A stretch of 61,507 nucleotides of DNA, taken from assembly GCF_004010195.1 (NCBI RefSeq), contig NC_057746.1, forward strand, positions 28,987,861-29,049,367, written 5' to 3'. This DNA is from Chiloscyllium plagiosum (lineage: Eukaryota). Of the stretch, positions 11,761 to 25,789 are shown piece by piece (position 1 is the stretch's first letter; each line of letters begins with the position of its first letter). Under the pieces are notes generated by a model. The model was not told the DNA's origin. It was given only the letters and a program-made list of their open reading frames with translations, and did not search any database. A program made the translations under genes and the position numbers.

Positions 11761-12689
11761 TTCATAGAAGAAGGAGCCTCCACACTTCTGAGAGGAGATT
11801 CCACCTGGGCTTCCTCAGAAATACAGAGCCGTTCTCCAAGTCTGATGGTTCTTTCATAAAATAGGATTGTTAGAGGAAAGTAAACGACATCCCCTTTTAC
11901 AGAGTTCTGACATTTAAAGGTCCAGACAGCCATTTTAACAGATAATGCATAAGATAAGTGTGATAGGGCATTGGAGGAGAAGATGCCAAAGAGTCGGTAG
12001 TGTGGGTACCAGGTAAGTAGAATGCTGACTGGAAAGATTGCCAGCTTGGATGGTGCAGCCTGCCAGTGCAGGATGCCAGATTGCCTAAGGAGTAGAGTGT
12101 CATGTTAATAGAATGCCAGGTATATAGGGTACATGGTAAGTAGAATACCAGCTAGGGTGGGGTAGGGAACCAGGTAAATAGGGTGGAAACTGGGTACAGT
12201 ACCAGGGGTTAAGGTGGCAAGGTAAAAGAAAATGCAATGTATAGAGTAGGTCAAGGTGTATGGGAGGAATTGGGTCTGGCAGTGAAAGTATGTATGGATG
12301 ATTTGTAATTCGGATCTGGCAGGAAGGGTGAGGGAGGTTTAGTGGAACTTCCCAGTGCCCCTTCAAATGAGCAAACATAGAAAGGAATGAAGCACAACCA
12401 ACCCTGACAATACAATCTGCCAATCGTAACACATTCAAATTTCAATAATCTGCACACAGTCTAGCAGATCCATCTGGATTAGAAACCTACACCACTGATG
12501 AACTCCAGTTGCTTTGATTAAGTTCAGACTGGTGTTTTTCTACCATGAATAGAATCAATGTTTCCACCTGAGCTTGATTTTCTGGGCCCAGTTGATAACA
12601 ATGTTGTTTTATCCTAAAACTATAAGATTAAAAAAAAATCCAGTTGTCTGTAAAAGCATTTCTATTTATGTAAAAAGAAGAAAGACACT

Positions 12690-14580
12690 ATAAGCTATCA
12701 GAGCCACTTAGCCCATCTGATCTGCTCTGCCATTCAGTCATGACTGACATGTTTTTTCAATTCCATTCTCTAGCTTTTCCCTGTAACTTTTGATTATCTT
12801 AATAATCAATAACCTATCCATCTTTATCCTAAAGACACTCAATGACTTGGCCTTCACAGCCTTCTACAGCAATAAGTTCCACAGATTCACCAACTTCTCA
12901 CTGAAGAAATTTCTTCTCATCTTAGTTCTAAAGGGACGTACCTTTCACTCTGAGACTTTGCCCTTGGGTCCTTGTCTCTACTATTAATGGAAATATTTTC
13001 TCCATGTCTTTATGTAAGTTTCAATAGATTACCCTCATACTTCTAAACTCAATCTAGTATAGATCCAGTGAGCTCAATGCTTCTCATATGATAAGTCCTT
13101 CTGGGATCATTATTGTAAACCTCATCTGGACCCCATGCTTCACATCCTTCCTTAAGTAGGGGCCAAGAACTGCTCACAAAATTCCAAATGCAGTCTAAGC
13201 AGTACATCCCTATTCTGTATTCTAGTCCTCTAAAAATGAATGCTAACATTGAATTTAACTTCCTAACCGCCAACTGAACCTACATGTTAACCTGAACTCT
13301 GACTGCTAAGTCCTTTGTGCATCAGATTTCGGAAACACTTCCTTGTTTAGAAAATAGTTTCTGTCTCTATTCTTCCTCCCAAAGTGCTTAGGCTCATATT
13401 TTCCCATATTGTATTCTAAATATCAATTATTTGCAACTCCCCTAGCCTGTCAAAGTCCTTCTGTAGCCTCACCACTTCCTCAAAACTGACTGTCTCTCCA
13501 CCTATTTTTGTGTCGTCTGCAAACCTGGGAACAATATCCTCAGTTACTTTGTCCAGATCGTTCATGTACAGTGTGAATAGTTGTGATCCTAACATGGACT
13601 GCTGCAGAATTCCATTTGTCACCAGCTGCTGTCCTGAAAAAGACCCCATTATCACAACTCCCTGCCTTTTGCCAGTCAGCCAATCCTTTCAACTTGTCAG
13701 TACTTGTCCCCAATACCATGGGCTCTTAACTTATTTATCAACCTCGTCAAAGGCCTTCTTGAAATGCAAATAGATCCTGTCCACCAGCTTTCCTTTGCTT
13801 AACTAGCTCATTAGATCCTCAAAGAAGTCTCCGAACAGATTTTCAGGCATAATGTCCCTTGATGAAACCATGATGACTCAGTACTATTTTACCTTGCACT
13901 TCCAAATATCCACAATCTCATCCTTAATAATGATCCGAAAATCTTACCAATGACTGAGGTCAGGCTAACTGGCCTATAATTTCCTCTTTTCTGCCTCTCT
14001 CCCTTCTTAAAGGTCAGGAGAGGACTGGGGTCAATTCCTGGAATGGAGGTACTACCTTACGCTGAAAGACTGGAGCGACTGGGCTTGTATACCCTTGAGT
14101 TTAGAAGACTGAGAGGGGATCTGATTGAGACATATAAGATTATTTAAGGATTGGACATTCTGGAGGCAGGAAAGATGTTTCAGCTGATGGGTGAGTGCCA
14201 AACCAGAGGACACAGCTTAAAAATACGGGGTAGACCATTTAGGACAGAGATGAGGAGAAACTTCTTCACCCAGAGAGTGGTGGCTGTGTGGAATGCTCTG
14301 CCCCACAGGGCAGTGGAGGCCCAGTCTCTGGATTCATTTAAGAAAGAGTTGGATAGAGCTCTCAAGGATAGTGGAATCAAGGGTTATGGAGATAAGGCAG
14401 GAACAGGATACTGATTAAGGATGATCAGCCATGAAAATATTGAATGGTGGTGCAGGCTCGAAGGGCAGAATGGTCTACTCCTGCACCTATTGTCTATTCA
14501 ATAGGGATGTGTTCCATTTGCCATTTCCAGTCCTCTCCGATCATCCCTGACTCCAGTGATTCCTTAAAGACTACCACCAA
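12690..14580 (-). mobile_element. CR1-type LINE fragment (minus) containing a younger plus-strand CR1 3' piece at ~14012-14497
   Basis: Minus ORF LFTLYMNDLD...FADDTKIGG; plus ORF TRGHSLKIRGRPFRTEMRRNFFTQRVV. Confidence 0.8.
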
Positions 14581-15949
14581 TGTAACAATTGTAATGAGGT
14601 CAGCCAGCTGGACCTCGTACACTGAGTCCCATGATTGGGACTATTAATTTGGTCCAATCAGGGTTTCCTGGTGAACATAAAGAAAGGTAAAAACAAGGAC
14701 TGCAGATGCTGGAAACCAGAGTCTAGATTAGAGTGGTGCTGGAAAAGCACAGCAGGTCAGGCAGCATCCAAGGAGCAGGAAAATCAACATTTTGGGCAAA
14801 GGATGTGTTGTAGATCGTGACTCTTTGGTACCCAAGTTTATATGAAGCATTACGATAATCAAAGATTGTTTATGTGTAAATACAGGATGACTTAATGACA
14901 GGAGACTGGCCTCTGTGGAGTTATTTCAGAGGCAATAAGAGCAAAGCATGATCCTGAAGAAATGTGCTCACAACAGTTGTCTTTGAATTGGAGTAAGCAT
15001 TTCTTACATCTTGTCTTCATTTGGGCAGCTTGACTGATTTGACCCTACTGTTAGAAACCAGTCCGAGTACGTGGAAAGAATGCATTATTATTTCTATGTA
15101 AATGACATTGTGGCAGATGAGAAAAGATGATTAAGTTTCCTGACAGCCTGTGGAGCTGCAGCTTTTTATATAATTAGCAGCCTAATTCATCCTGAAGCTC
15201 CACATACAAAAACATTTCAAGACATAGTTAAGGAATAATACGACCTCAAGCCTCTAATTCTAAGATTCTATCACTTTTACTCAGCAATTTGAAAACCAGG
15301 GGAATCTATATTGGGGTTTTTTATTAAATTAAGATGACTGGCCGAAGCTGATAACACTTAATGAGATGTGGGATTAATGATGTAACTATACAAAAATGTC
15401 TAGTCCAGTTTGCAGAATGGGCAGGTCAGGTTGTACAGTTTGTGAAGCCTGATGGGTCAGTTCCACTTTGTAGAGTCTTAAACAACCGGTAAAGTGCTTC
15501 TCATAGCTGGTTAAAGATTTAATCCCACAGACAGAGGATTTGTACACAAAGCTGGCTGGGGGGGGGGGCTGTTCTTCATGAAGCTGGATGTGAGCCACAT
15601 TTACTTGCAATTGTGTTTAGACCAGGAATGCCAGAAGTATGCTCTGGTAATACCCAAAAGGGTTTGTACCAATATACGAGACTACCCTTTAAGATGTTGT
15701 CAGCCTGTTCAATTTTTCAGCGGATGATGGAGAATATTTTGCAAGGTTGACCTCAGGTTACCATTTACCTAAATGATTTCCTGGTAACAGGTAAAGGAAC
15801 ACTTAGAGAATTTAGATACAGTCCTGAGGCATTTACTAAAGGCAGGCATATGCCTCAGAAGGGAAAAATGTTTGTTCCACACCTTCCAAGTGACCTGCTT
15901 GAACTACAGAGACAACAAGACCGGATTATACCCTGTTGAAAATGACGTG

Positions 15950-17245
15950 AGAATCATAATCCCTACAGTGTGAACACAGGTCCTTTGGCCCAACAAGTCC
16001 ACACTAACCCACCCAGACTCATTTCCCTACTCTATTATCCTGTATTTACCCCAGAACAATGCTGAAAAATGTGTTGCTGGAAAAGCGCAGCAGGCCAAGC
16101 AGCATCCAAGGAGCAGGAGAATCGATGTTTCGGGCATAAGCCCTTCTTCAGGAATGAGGAAGGTGTATCAAGCAGGCTAAGGTAAAAGGTAGGGAGGAGG
16201 GACTTGGGGGAGTGGCGTTGGGAATGCAATAGGTAGAAGGAGGTTAAGGTGAGGGTGATAGGCCGGAGAGGGGGTAGGGGTAGAGAAGTCGGGAAGAAGA
16301 TTGCAGGTCAAGAAGGCGGTGCTGAGTTCAAGGGTTGGGACTGAGATAAGGTGGGGGGAGGGGAAATGAGGAAGCTGGAGAAATCTGCATTCATCCCTTG
16401 TGGTTGGAGGGTTCCTAGGCAGAAGGTGAGGCGCTCTTCCTGCAGACATCGTGTTGCCATGGTCTGGCAATGGAGGAGGCCAAGGATCTGCATGTCCTTG
16501 GTGGAGTGGGAGGGGGAGTTAGAGTTCAGCCACGGGGTGGTTGGGTTGGTTGGTGTGGGTGTCCCAGAGGTGTTCTCTGAAATGTTCCGCAAGTAGGCGG
16601 CCTGTCTCCCCAATGTAGCCTGCTCTACAACACAAATTCACCTGCACCTCCACACACATCATTTACTGCATCCGCTGCACCCGTTGTGGCCTCCTCTACA
16701 ACCTTATCTCAGTCCCAACCCTCAAACTCAGCACAGCCTTCTTGACGTGCAATCTTCTTCCCGACCTCTCCACACCCACCCCCTCTCCAGCCTATCACCC
16801 TCACCTTAACCTCCTTCCACCTATCGCATTCCCAACACCCCTCCCCCAAGTCCCTCCTCCCTACCTTTTATCTTAGCCTGCTTGGCACATCTTCCTCATT
16901 CCTGAAGAAGGGCTTATGTCCGAAATGTCGATTCTCCTGCTCCTTGGATGCTGCCTGACCTGTTGCGCTTTTCTAGCAACACATTTTTCAGCTCTAATCT
17001 CCAGCATCTGCAGTCCTCACTTTCTCCCAGAACAATGCACCTAACCCATATATCCCTGAACGCTATGGGCAACTTAGTATGGCCTGTTCACCTAACCTGC
17101 ACATCATTGGGCTGCGGGAGGAAACCAGAGCATCTGGAGGAAACCACGCAGACATGGGGAGAATGTGCAAATTCCACACAGAATTGAACCTGTGTCCCTG
17201 CTGCTGGGAGGCAGCAATGCTAACCACTGAACCATCGTGCCACCA
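15950..17245 (-). mobile_element. HE1-type SINE inserted in Gypsy RT, itself split by a PLE
   Basis: Tail at 15950-16062 and head at 17026-17245 join across the cccagaacaatgc duplication. Confidence 0.85.
16063..17025. mobile_element. Penelope-like element (family A) with ~290 bp inverted arms and internal GIY-YIG fragments
   Basis: 13 bp TSD cccagaacaatgc (16050-16062, 17026-17038); 16061-16352 is inverted at 16701-16993; RCLQEERLTFCLGTLQPQGMN and IIYCIRC..CGLLY GIY-YIG motifs. Confidence 0.88.
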
Positions 17246-20200
17246 AGTGAGGGCAATCAAAGATGCCCGGATACCTATGCCTGTCAGGAGCTTAGGGCAT
17301 TTTTTGGTCTGATAAATTATTGTGGAAAGATTATACATAACCTTTCACCTTCCTTGCACCTTTGCATAAGCCTTGAAAGTGCTCTCATAGATAAGCCTAG
17401 CATTCAATGAAGTAAATAAACAGCTGCTGTGCCTCTGATGTGGCATGTTATGGTCCCAAGAATGATCTGGTATTGACAAGTGATATTTCCCCGTATGGCA
17501 TCAGGATGGTATTAGCTCATAGTGGCCCAATGGAAAGGAACACCCAATAGCTTATGCACCCAGGAATTTGGCTAATGCAGCTTGTAAATACACCCAGAAA
17601 ATGGATTGGCAGTCATAATTGGGCTCAGGAAGTTCCACCAATACTTTTATGGATGGAAATTTGTGATAATCACTGATTATTTACCCTACTTGGTCTGCTT
17701 AAAGAGGACAAGGCAGTGCTCCCTATAAGTTTGGGCCACATTCAGCAGTGAATTTTAATACTAAGTACTTATAATTATAAGTTAAAACACCATCCAGGAG
17801 GCCAAGTAGCAAATGCGATATATTGAGCCTTCTCTTGCTGGCAGATACATCACCAGTGGTGCCCCTAATATTAAATTTCATGACATGTTCCCAGTCACAG
17901 CTAAGAATATCAGATTTTAGGCACAAAGATCCAGTCCTTATAAATTGAAACATCTGTTATTAATGGGGGAATCCAAAGGCCTATTACAACTAGAATTGAA
18001 ACCTTTTTCGACTGGAGAGACAAGCTCAGTGTAAAGGCTGACATATTGTTATGGGGAGCAAGGGTGATTTTCCAAAGCAAAGGTCACTACTAGACAGTCA
18101 TTCAGGGGTCTCCAAAATGAAGATGTTGGCAATGAGTTATGGCTGATGCCCAGGCTTGGGGGATACAGATACAGCCCCATTGGCAGAGCAGTGCTCAGAG
18201 TGTCAACAAGGACAAGAATTACTGCCAGAAGCTTCCCACATCCATAGGAATGGCCAAGCAAACATTGGACTCTGGTTGCATGTCAACTATGCAGGTTCTT
18301 TCATGCATTCAATATTCTTAGTCATGGTAGACACTGAATCAAAGTAGATGGACATGCATAGAATTCATTCACCAAACATGGGGATGCTGGTAGAAAAACT
18401 GCGCATATATTTTGCAACACATGGAGTCCCAGAAGTGTTGGTCACAGTTAACAGGCTATCATTTACTAGGAGGGACTTTAGTTACTTCTTTAATATTGAA
18501 TGGGATTTGACATACACAGTCAGCTCCATACTACCCATCATCTAATGGCTTGGCAGAAAGTGCACTCCAAACCATGAAGCTGGATTAAAGAAACAGCCTG
18601 CAGCCTCGTTAGATACCAAGCTGTCACGTTTGTTGATTGTGGGACCATCCCAAATGCAGCTACAGGAATAGCATCAGCAGAATTGCTAATGGGTCAAAAA
18701 CTCCGCATGAAGTTAAGTCTGATCTTCCCGGACCTGGGAAAGAAGGTGACATGCCATCAGGCACACCAGTGCAGGACACAAAACTCCTGTAAGTATGAGA
18801 GACGGTTTAATACAGTGGGCCAAGTTTGGTAAAAGCAATCATGGAAATCGCCTCACATAGGTCAGAGGCATGGTTAACCTCAGGTCAGGGCCAATGGGTT
18901 TTAACGTTCTGGAAGGTGTGATGATCCTGAATAAGCATTTGGACCATATGAAAGCTGTAAACTTGTAAACAGTGCTGCAAAAAAACATACCCTGTCCTTG
19001 GAACGTCTGAAATGCTGTTGCAACCTGTGGATTCACCTTCTCCATCAAACTGAATCCTCTGTATCAGATTTGGACTTGACAGAAGTAGCCACCTTGATGC
19101 CTTTGCTGCCAGAAGAGAATGAAGTTTGGCCAAGGTGTTCCAGGTACAAAAGGCCAGCTCCTGTGCATTACATGCAGCCTATGTTTGATGCCAAGTGAGA
19201 TGAAGCTGACCAAGTGCTAAAATATCCCATGATTTTCTCCAAGAGAAAGGATTGGTCTATTTCTGCACACTCAGAGTGGGAGGGATGTAGTGATTGTAAT
19301 GAATTGAATTGAATTGAATTGAATTTATTATCACATGTATTGAGGCACTGTGAAAAGCTTTGTCTTGTGAGCAATGAGCTCAGCTGGGTGGAGAATATGA
19401 GTTCCTTGTGTTATGGGCCAAACAAAGTCCCCTTCAACTATATCAAGGAGATAGCATAGCAAAGACCCTAACTTTTACCTTATTTAAAGGCAAATGAGTT
19501 CCAGATGAAATTAAATTGGTTACAAAATGCATTTTACTCTTACCCTACAAACAAGTTAAAATATAAAGAAAAGGAAAGAAGATCTTTGGTATAACTTTAA
19601 CTCTTGTTGGAGAACTAAAAAGAATAATGGATTATTTAACTACAATTCTAATTCTAAACACGACAATTCTAATATAGTAGTATCCAAGAAACACAACCTT
19701 GGCAAATTCAGTAAAATTGATTGACTCACATGCAATATTTTTCCAGTCCAGGAGGAAACAACATCAAGAGAAAATCATGGTAGAGAGAGAGAAAGAGAGA
19801 GCGAGAACTCAAGCCTTTTGCTGTAGCAGGGTGAGATGTTTGGCAGCTTCAAAAATCCTGTACTTATGGGAGCCTGACTCCACCCATTCATGATGCTTCT
19901 ATTTTTCCAACTTAAAAGAAAAATCCAAGACCTCACAAGCTGTTTACTTTATAGCTTAGAACAGAGTGCTGTTCACCTGTGTCTCAACCTATCTTTATTA
20001 AAAAGAGCAGGACAAAATACATTTATAAAGCCTCCATAATGTCACACCACCCCACTTAAAGAATGAACCATCAATATACAAAGATGTCTTCATTTTTAAA
20101 AACCTTTAGTTTTATGCTATTAGTACACTACAATACATACATATTACACTGACTGTAAACCTACAAACATTCAATACGACAGTCCATTTGTTCTGTCACC

Positions 20201-21860
20201 AAACATCATCTTCCTTCATCAAAGTCATGACAATGCCTTGGCAATTATGTTCTCTCGTCCTGCCATGTGCATAATTCTCAATTTAAATGGTTATAACAAC
20301 AAACTCCACCTGAACAGCCTGGTACATGCATCATTAGGTTTTTGCAAAAGTGTTAAGGAATTATGATCAGTACATAGAATTGTCTCAGACACATTACTGG
20401 CAAGATAAATGTTAAAATGTTACAATGCCAACATCAAACTCATGGTCTCTTCCTCAATTGTGGAATATTTCTGTTAATAATTATTCGACTTTCTGGAAGA
20501 ATACCGAATAGGTTTTTCTACCTTTTTGTATTCTTGTAAGAGTCCAGCACCAACACCCGCATCACTTGCATCGATAGCCACTTTGAATGGTTCTGCATAA
20601 ATAGGTGTGGCTAACATTGGGGTAATGGTTAACATAGCTTTCATCCTGTCAAGTGCCTTCTGACATTTCTGCAACCACTGAAATCTTCTGCGTTTCTTCA
20701 ACAAGTCAGTCAGTAAAGGAACCACACTGCTAAAATTTGATACAAATGTTTTGATAAAAATCACTCAGTCCCAAGAACCATACTACTTCCTCCTTCAGCT
20801 TTGACATGGGAAACTCCACAATAACCTTTAATTTCACATCTCATGGGGCCATCTGCCCATGTCCAATGGTATGGCCAAGGAACATGACTTGGGCTTTTGT
20901 GAAATCACTCTTAGCCAGGTTTATCACCAAGCCCACTTCTGAAGTAGATTGAATAATTTCAATAGATGCTCCAAATGTTCCTTCCATTTGTGCCAAAAAT
21001 CACCACATCATCTATGTATGCAACAGAATTGGATAATCCCAAAATGATTTTATTGGTTAGTGTTTGAAATGCAGCTGGTGTATTTTTCATACCAGATGCC
21101 ATAACTTAAAATTGGTAAAGTCCACTCGGTATCACAAGAGCTGAAATTTCCTTCGCTCTCTCAGATAAAGGTATCTGCCAGTATCCTTTGAGTAATTCCA
21201 ATTTAGAAATATAAATTGCTTGCTCCACCTTTTCAATACAATTTTCCAGCCTTGGAATAGGATATAAATCAGATTTTGTAACTTCAGTGACTTTATCATA
21301 ATCAACACAAAAATGTTGGGTATCATCTGATTTTGGCATCATTGTTATGGATGATCACCAGTTGCTGCAACTCACTTTGACTATATTGCCTTCCAGCTTG
21401 CTTTCAATCACTTTTGAACCTATGCCAATGTTAGATGGTTAGACTGTTGCTTAATTGGAAAAGCATTTCCTATATCTACATCATGCTTAATCTCTATATA
21501 TTTCCACGTATCCCTCCACGTGATTGCAATTCCGATCATTTCAGTTTTCCTCTGGAGAGTAACACAATAATTTTTCCCAATTTTTTAAAACTCCCTCACT
21601 GTTAAATTTAATTTGAGGAATATCAAATTCAAATATATCTTGATTTAATTATTCACTCCAAGTACCACATTCTCCTTTTGCTTCTCTTTCCTATCAAAAT
21701 ACCGCTTGAGCTATTCACAGGACACATTGTGTAAGTATTCCTTCCCTCCGGCATTTTTATTCAATAAATCATCTCACTCAATTTCATTTCAATTCGATAA
21801 GGTCCACTAAAACTTGCTTTTAAAGGTTAACCTATCACTGGGAGCAACAATAACAATTTA

Positions 21861-24800
21861 AACTAAATAGAGTGGGATAGAGAAAATTAGAAAACCTGAA
21901 TTCAAAGAGAAGGTAAAAGTGCAGAACTCGAGAGAGGTTTTTAAAATCTCCAGCACAGACACAAATTGGACAGAATATCTGGAAAGGGTTAGCAATCATA
22001 CTTCAAGTACACTGGGCAAACAAATGACTATGAGAGGTGGGACAATTAATACAGGACTGAAGGTGTTGTATCTGAATGCACGTGGTGTAAGGAATAAGAT
22101 AAATGAGCTTGTCATGCAGATCGAAATTGGCAGGTATGAGGTGGTGGGCATCATGGAGACATGGCTGCAAGGAGATCAAGATTGGGATATTAGACAATAT
22201 ACATCCTATTGTAAAGGTAGGCAGGTGGCAGAGGGGTGGGGTTGTTCTATTAGTAAGAAATTAAATTAAATTAAAAGTGAGAAACAAAGTGGGGTCAGAT
22301 GGTGTAGAATCTGTGTGGGGTACAAGTGAGGAGCTGCAAGGGTTAAAATAAAAACATAGTTGGAGTTATGTACAGGTTTCCAAATAGTAATCATGAACGA
22401 GGCTGCAAGATACATCAGGAGATAGAAAAGATGTGTAGGAAAGGCAAAGTTACAGTGATCATTGAGAGATTTCAATATGTGGGTAGACTGGGAAAATCAG
22501 ATTGGTAGTGTTTGCAAGAAAGGGAATTTGTGGAATGTATATGAGGTGGCTTTTTGGAGCAGCTTGTGATTGAGCCCATGAGGGAACGGCAATACTGGAT
22601 TTAGTGTCGTGCAATGATACAGACTTGATAAGGGAGCTTAAGGTGAAACAGTGAGCACTGAAGATAGAATCAGCAATAATGGTATTTCAGCTGAATAAAC
22701 GCAACTACAGAGGCATGAGGGAGGAGTTGGGTAGAATTGACTGGGAGTGGAGCCTAGCAGGGAAGACAGCGCAACAGCAATGGCAGGAGTTTCTACGAGT
22801 AATTCAGAGACACAGCAGAGGTTCATCCCAAAGAAAAAGAAGCATGAGGAGTATGAGACAACCATGGCTGACTAGGGAAGTCAGGGATAGCATAAAAGCA
22901 AAACAGAAAGCATATAAAGTAGCAAAGAATAGTGGCAAACCAGAGGATTGGAAAGTTTACAAAGACCAACAGAGGGCAAAAAAAGAAGAAATAAGGAGGG
23001 TGAAATTTAAATATGAGGGTAAGCTAGCCAGTAATATAAAGGAAGACTGTGGGCAGCACGGTGGCACAGTGGTTAGCACTGCTGTCTCACAGTGCCGGAG
23101 ACAAGGGTTCAATTCCCGCCTTAGGTGACTGACTGTATGGAGTTTGCATGTTCTCCCCGTGTCTGCGTGGGTTTCCTCCGGGTGCTCCGGTTTCCTCCCA
23201 CAGTCCAGAAGATGTGCAGGTCAGGTGAATTGGCCATGCTAAATTGCCCGTGGTATTAGGTAAGGGGTAAATGTAGGGGTCAGTGTGGACTTGTTGGGCC
23301 GAAGGGCCTGTTTCCACACTGTAATGTAATCTAATCTATAGGGTTTCAATATAAAAAGGGCAAAAGAGAGACAAATGTGGACATTGGGCTGCTGGAAAAT
23401 GACACAGGAGAGATAGCAATGGGGAACAAAGAAATGGCTGAGGAACTCAATAATTATTTCCCATCAGTCTTCACAGTGCAAAACACGAGTAATATCCCCA
23501 AAAAATCAAGAGATTGAGAGAACAGAGATGAGTATGGTGGCTATCGCCAAAGAAAAGGTGCGAGAAAACTAAATGGTCTGAAGGTGGATAAATCACAAGG
23601 ACCATTTGGACTATACCCCAGTGTTATAAGGAAGATAATTGAAGAGATAGTGGAGGCATTAGTGGTAGTTTTTCAGGAATCACTAGAATCAGGAAGGGTT
23701 GCAGTGTACTGCAAAATCACTAATATAAAACACCAGTTTCAAAAGGGAGTAAGGCAGAAGAGGGGAAATTGCGGACCAATTAGCCTAACCTTGGTCGTGG
23801 GTAAGATCCTTGAATTCATTGTGATGGATGAGATTTCTGAATACTTGGAAGTATATGGTAAAATAGGGCAGAGTCAGCACGGTTTCCTCAAGGGTAGGTC
23901 ATGACTGACAAATCTGCTAGATTGCTTTGAGGGAGTAACAAGCAGATTAGACTGAGGAGAACCATTGGATATTATCTACGTGGACTTCAAAAAGGCCTTT
24001 GACAAGGCACCACATAGAAGGCTACTGAGTAAGGTAAAGGCCTATGGTGTTAGAGGCAAGGTGCTAGCATGGATAGAAGCTTGGCTGTCTGGCAAAAAGC
24101 AGGGAGTGGTGTTTCACAAGGCTCAGTGTTGAGACCACAACATTTCACTTTATACATTAACAATCAAGATGAAGGAACTGAGGGCATTCGAGCTAAGTTT
24201 GCAGATGACACAAAGATAGGTGGAGCATGGGTAGCATTGAGGAGACAGGGAGGCTGCAGAAGAATTTGGACAGGTTAGGAGATTGGATGAAGAAGCGGCA
24301 GATGGAGGACAAACGTGGCAATGCGTGAGGTTATGCGTTTTGGTAGGTAAAATAGAGGCATGGACTATTTTCTAAATGTGGAGAAAATTCAGAAGTCTGA
24401 AGTGCAAAGAGACTTGGGAGTTCTAGTCCAGGATTCTCTCAAGGTAAACTTGCAGGTTGAGTCAGTAGTTAGGAAAGCAAATGCAATGATGGCATTTATT
24501 TTGAGAGGACTTGAATATAAAAGGAGGCGTGTACTTCTGAGACTCTATAAGGCTCTGGTCAGGCCACATTTGGAGTATTGTATGCAGTTTTGGGCCCCAT
24601 ATTTCAGGAAGGATTTACTGGCCCTGGAGCATGTTCAGAGGATATTCATGAGAATGGTCCCAGGAATGAACCTCGGAACATATGAGGAATGTTTGAGAAC
24701 TCGGGTCTGCACTCGATGGAGTTTAGAAGGATGAGGGGCAATCTAATTAAAACTTACTGAATACTGAATGGCTTGGACAGAGTGGATGTTGGGAAGATGT

Positions 24801-25124
24801 TTCCATTGGTAGGAGACACTAGGACCTGAGGGCACAGCCTTAGAGTAAAGGGAAGACCTTTTAGAACAGAGATAAGGAGAAACATCTTCAGCCAGAGAGT
24901 GGTGAATCTATGGAATTCACTACCACAGAAGGCTGTTGAGGCCAGGTCATAAAGTGTGTTTAAGATGGAGATCGATATGTTCTTATTGTAAAGGGGATCA
25001 AAAGTTATGGTGAGAAAACGGAAGAATGGGCCTATGATTCTCATCAACCATGATTGAATGGCAGAGCGGACTGAATGGGCTATGTGGCCTAATTTCTGCT
25101 CCAATGTCTTATGGTCTTCTGGTT
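21861..25124 (+). mobile_element. CR1-type LINE, 3.3 kb, with APE endonuclease and RT remnants
   Basis: YLNARGVRNK...GIMETWL (APE), RT FADDTKIGG, LVRPHLEYC; 10 bp TSD taacaattta (21851-21860, 25125-25134). Confidence 0.92.
23051..23338 (+). mobile_element. HE1-type SINE nested in CR1
   Basis: Near-consensus head gggcagcacggtggcacagtggttagc, taatctaatcta tail. Confidence 0.9.
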
Positions 25125-25789
25125 TAACAATTTATCTCCTCTAGTAAAACCACAAATTTTTATTATTTTCTGCTTCCTGTTTCATCACATGCTGTGCTAC
25201 TTTCAAATGCTGTTGACCACTAAAATAGACATAGTTCAAATATGTGGTAACCGAACTCTTGCTTACCAATTTTTCCTTAATTAATTTCAGTGGTCCTCTC
25301 AGCTCAGGTCTGAAAATTAATTTGGATGGACTGAACTTTAGTTAATTTGTTGGGTGCATCTCTAACTGCAAAAACTACAAATTAATTTCCTTTATCCCAT
25401 TTCTTTGAATAGTCTTGACTATAAGCCATGGTCCTTAAAGTTTGATGCTATCATTCTAATGCTCCTCGCAGTTGATTTAAATTGTTTTATACCTAAACTG
25501 TCCATAACTTCCTTGAATATTGTTGATGTAAAATTTGACCTGTGACCTGATTGTATCTCTGGATTGTCTTTACATAGTAAAACATTTGAGTAACTCATCT
25601 ACAGTCCTTTTAGACATGATATTGCAAAATGAAATCGCCTCTGGAAATAGTCTAGACACAGCTATTACGATTAACAAATATTGATGACCACTTTTTCTTT
25701 TAGGGAGGGGCCCAACGTAATAAATTAAGACTTGTAAAATGTTCCTCAATGCTTGAATAGGTGTTAGAATGAGGGTGGACTGACCTTGC

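Larger units (their letters stand above)
14581..19407 (+). mobile_element. Decayed Ty3/Gypsy LTR retrotransposon (RT-RNaseH-IN order)
   Basis: LTR starts tgtaacaattgtaatga (14581) and tgtagtgattgtaatga (19286, after purine tract gggaggga); RT KGLYQYTRLPF and YLND, RNaseH SPYGI..VLAH, integrase CSECQQ, LHVNYAG, GVPEVLVT. Confidence 0.85.
19409..25785 (-). mobile_element. Gmr1-type Gypsy element (integrase upstream of RT-RNaseH) with 3' LTR 19409-20046
   Basis: Minus strand: integrase EIQS..SNFTS..FKEVM..LGIKQ (~25480-25560), then RT PKSD...FCVDY.KV...YPIPR.E.CIE..YWQIPL (21106-21342), then RNaseH FKVAIDASDAGVGAGL (20474-20764), purine tract, TGTGACA...TAACA LTR. Confidence 0.82.

Noticed and set aside
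11990-12340. Purine-rich degenerate repeats (ccaggtaagtagaat-like units)
   Set aside because: Too degenerate to define a unit or function; probably the low-complexity interior of an old repeat
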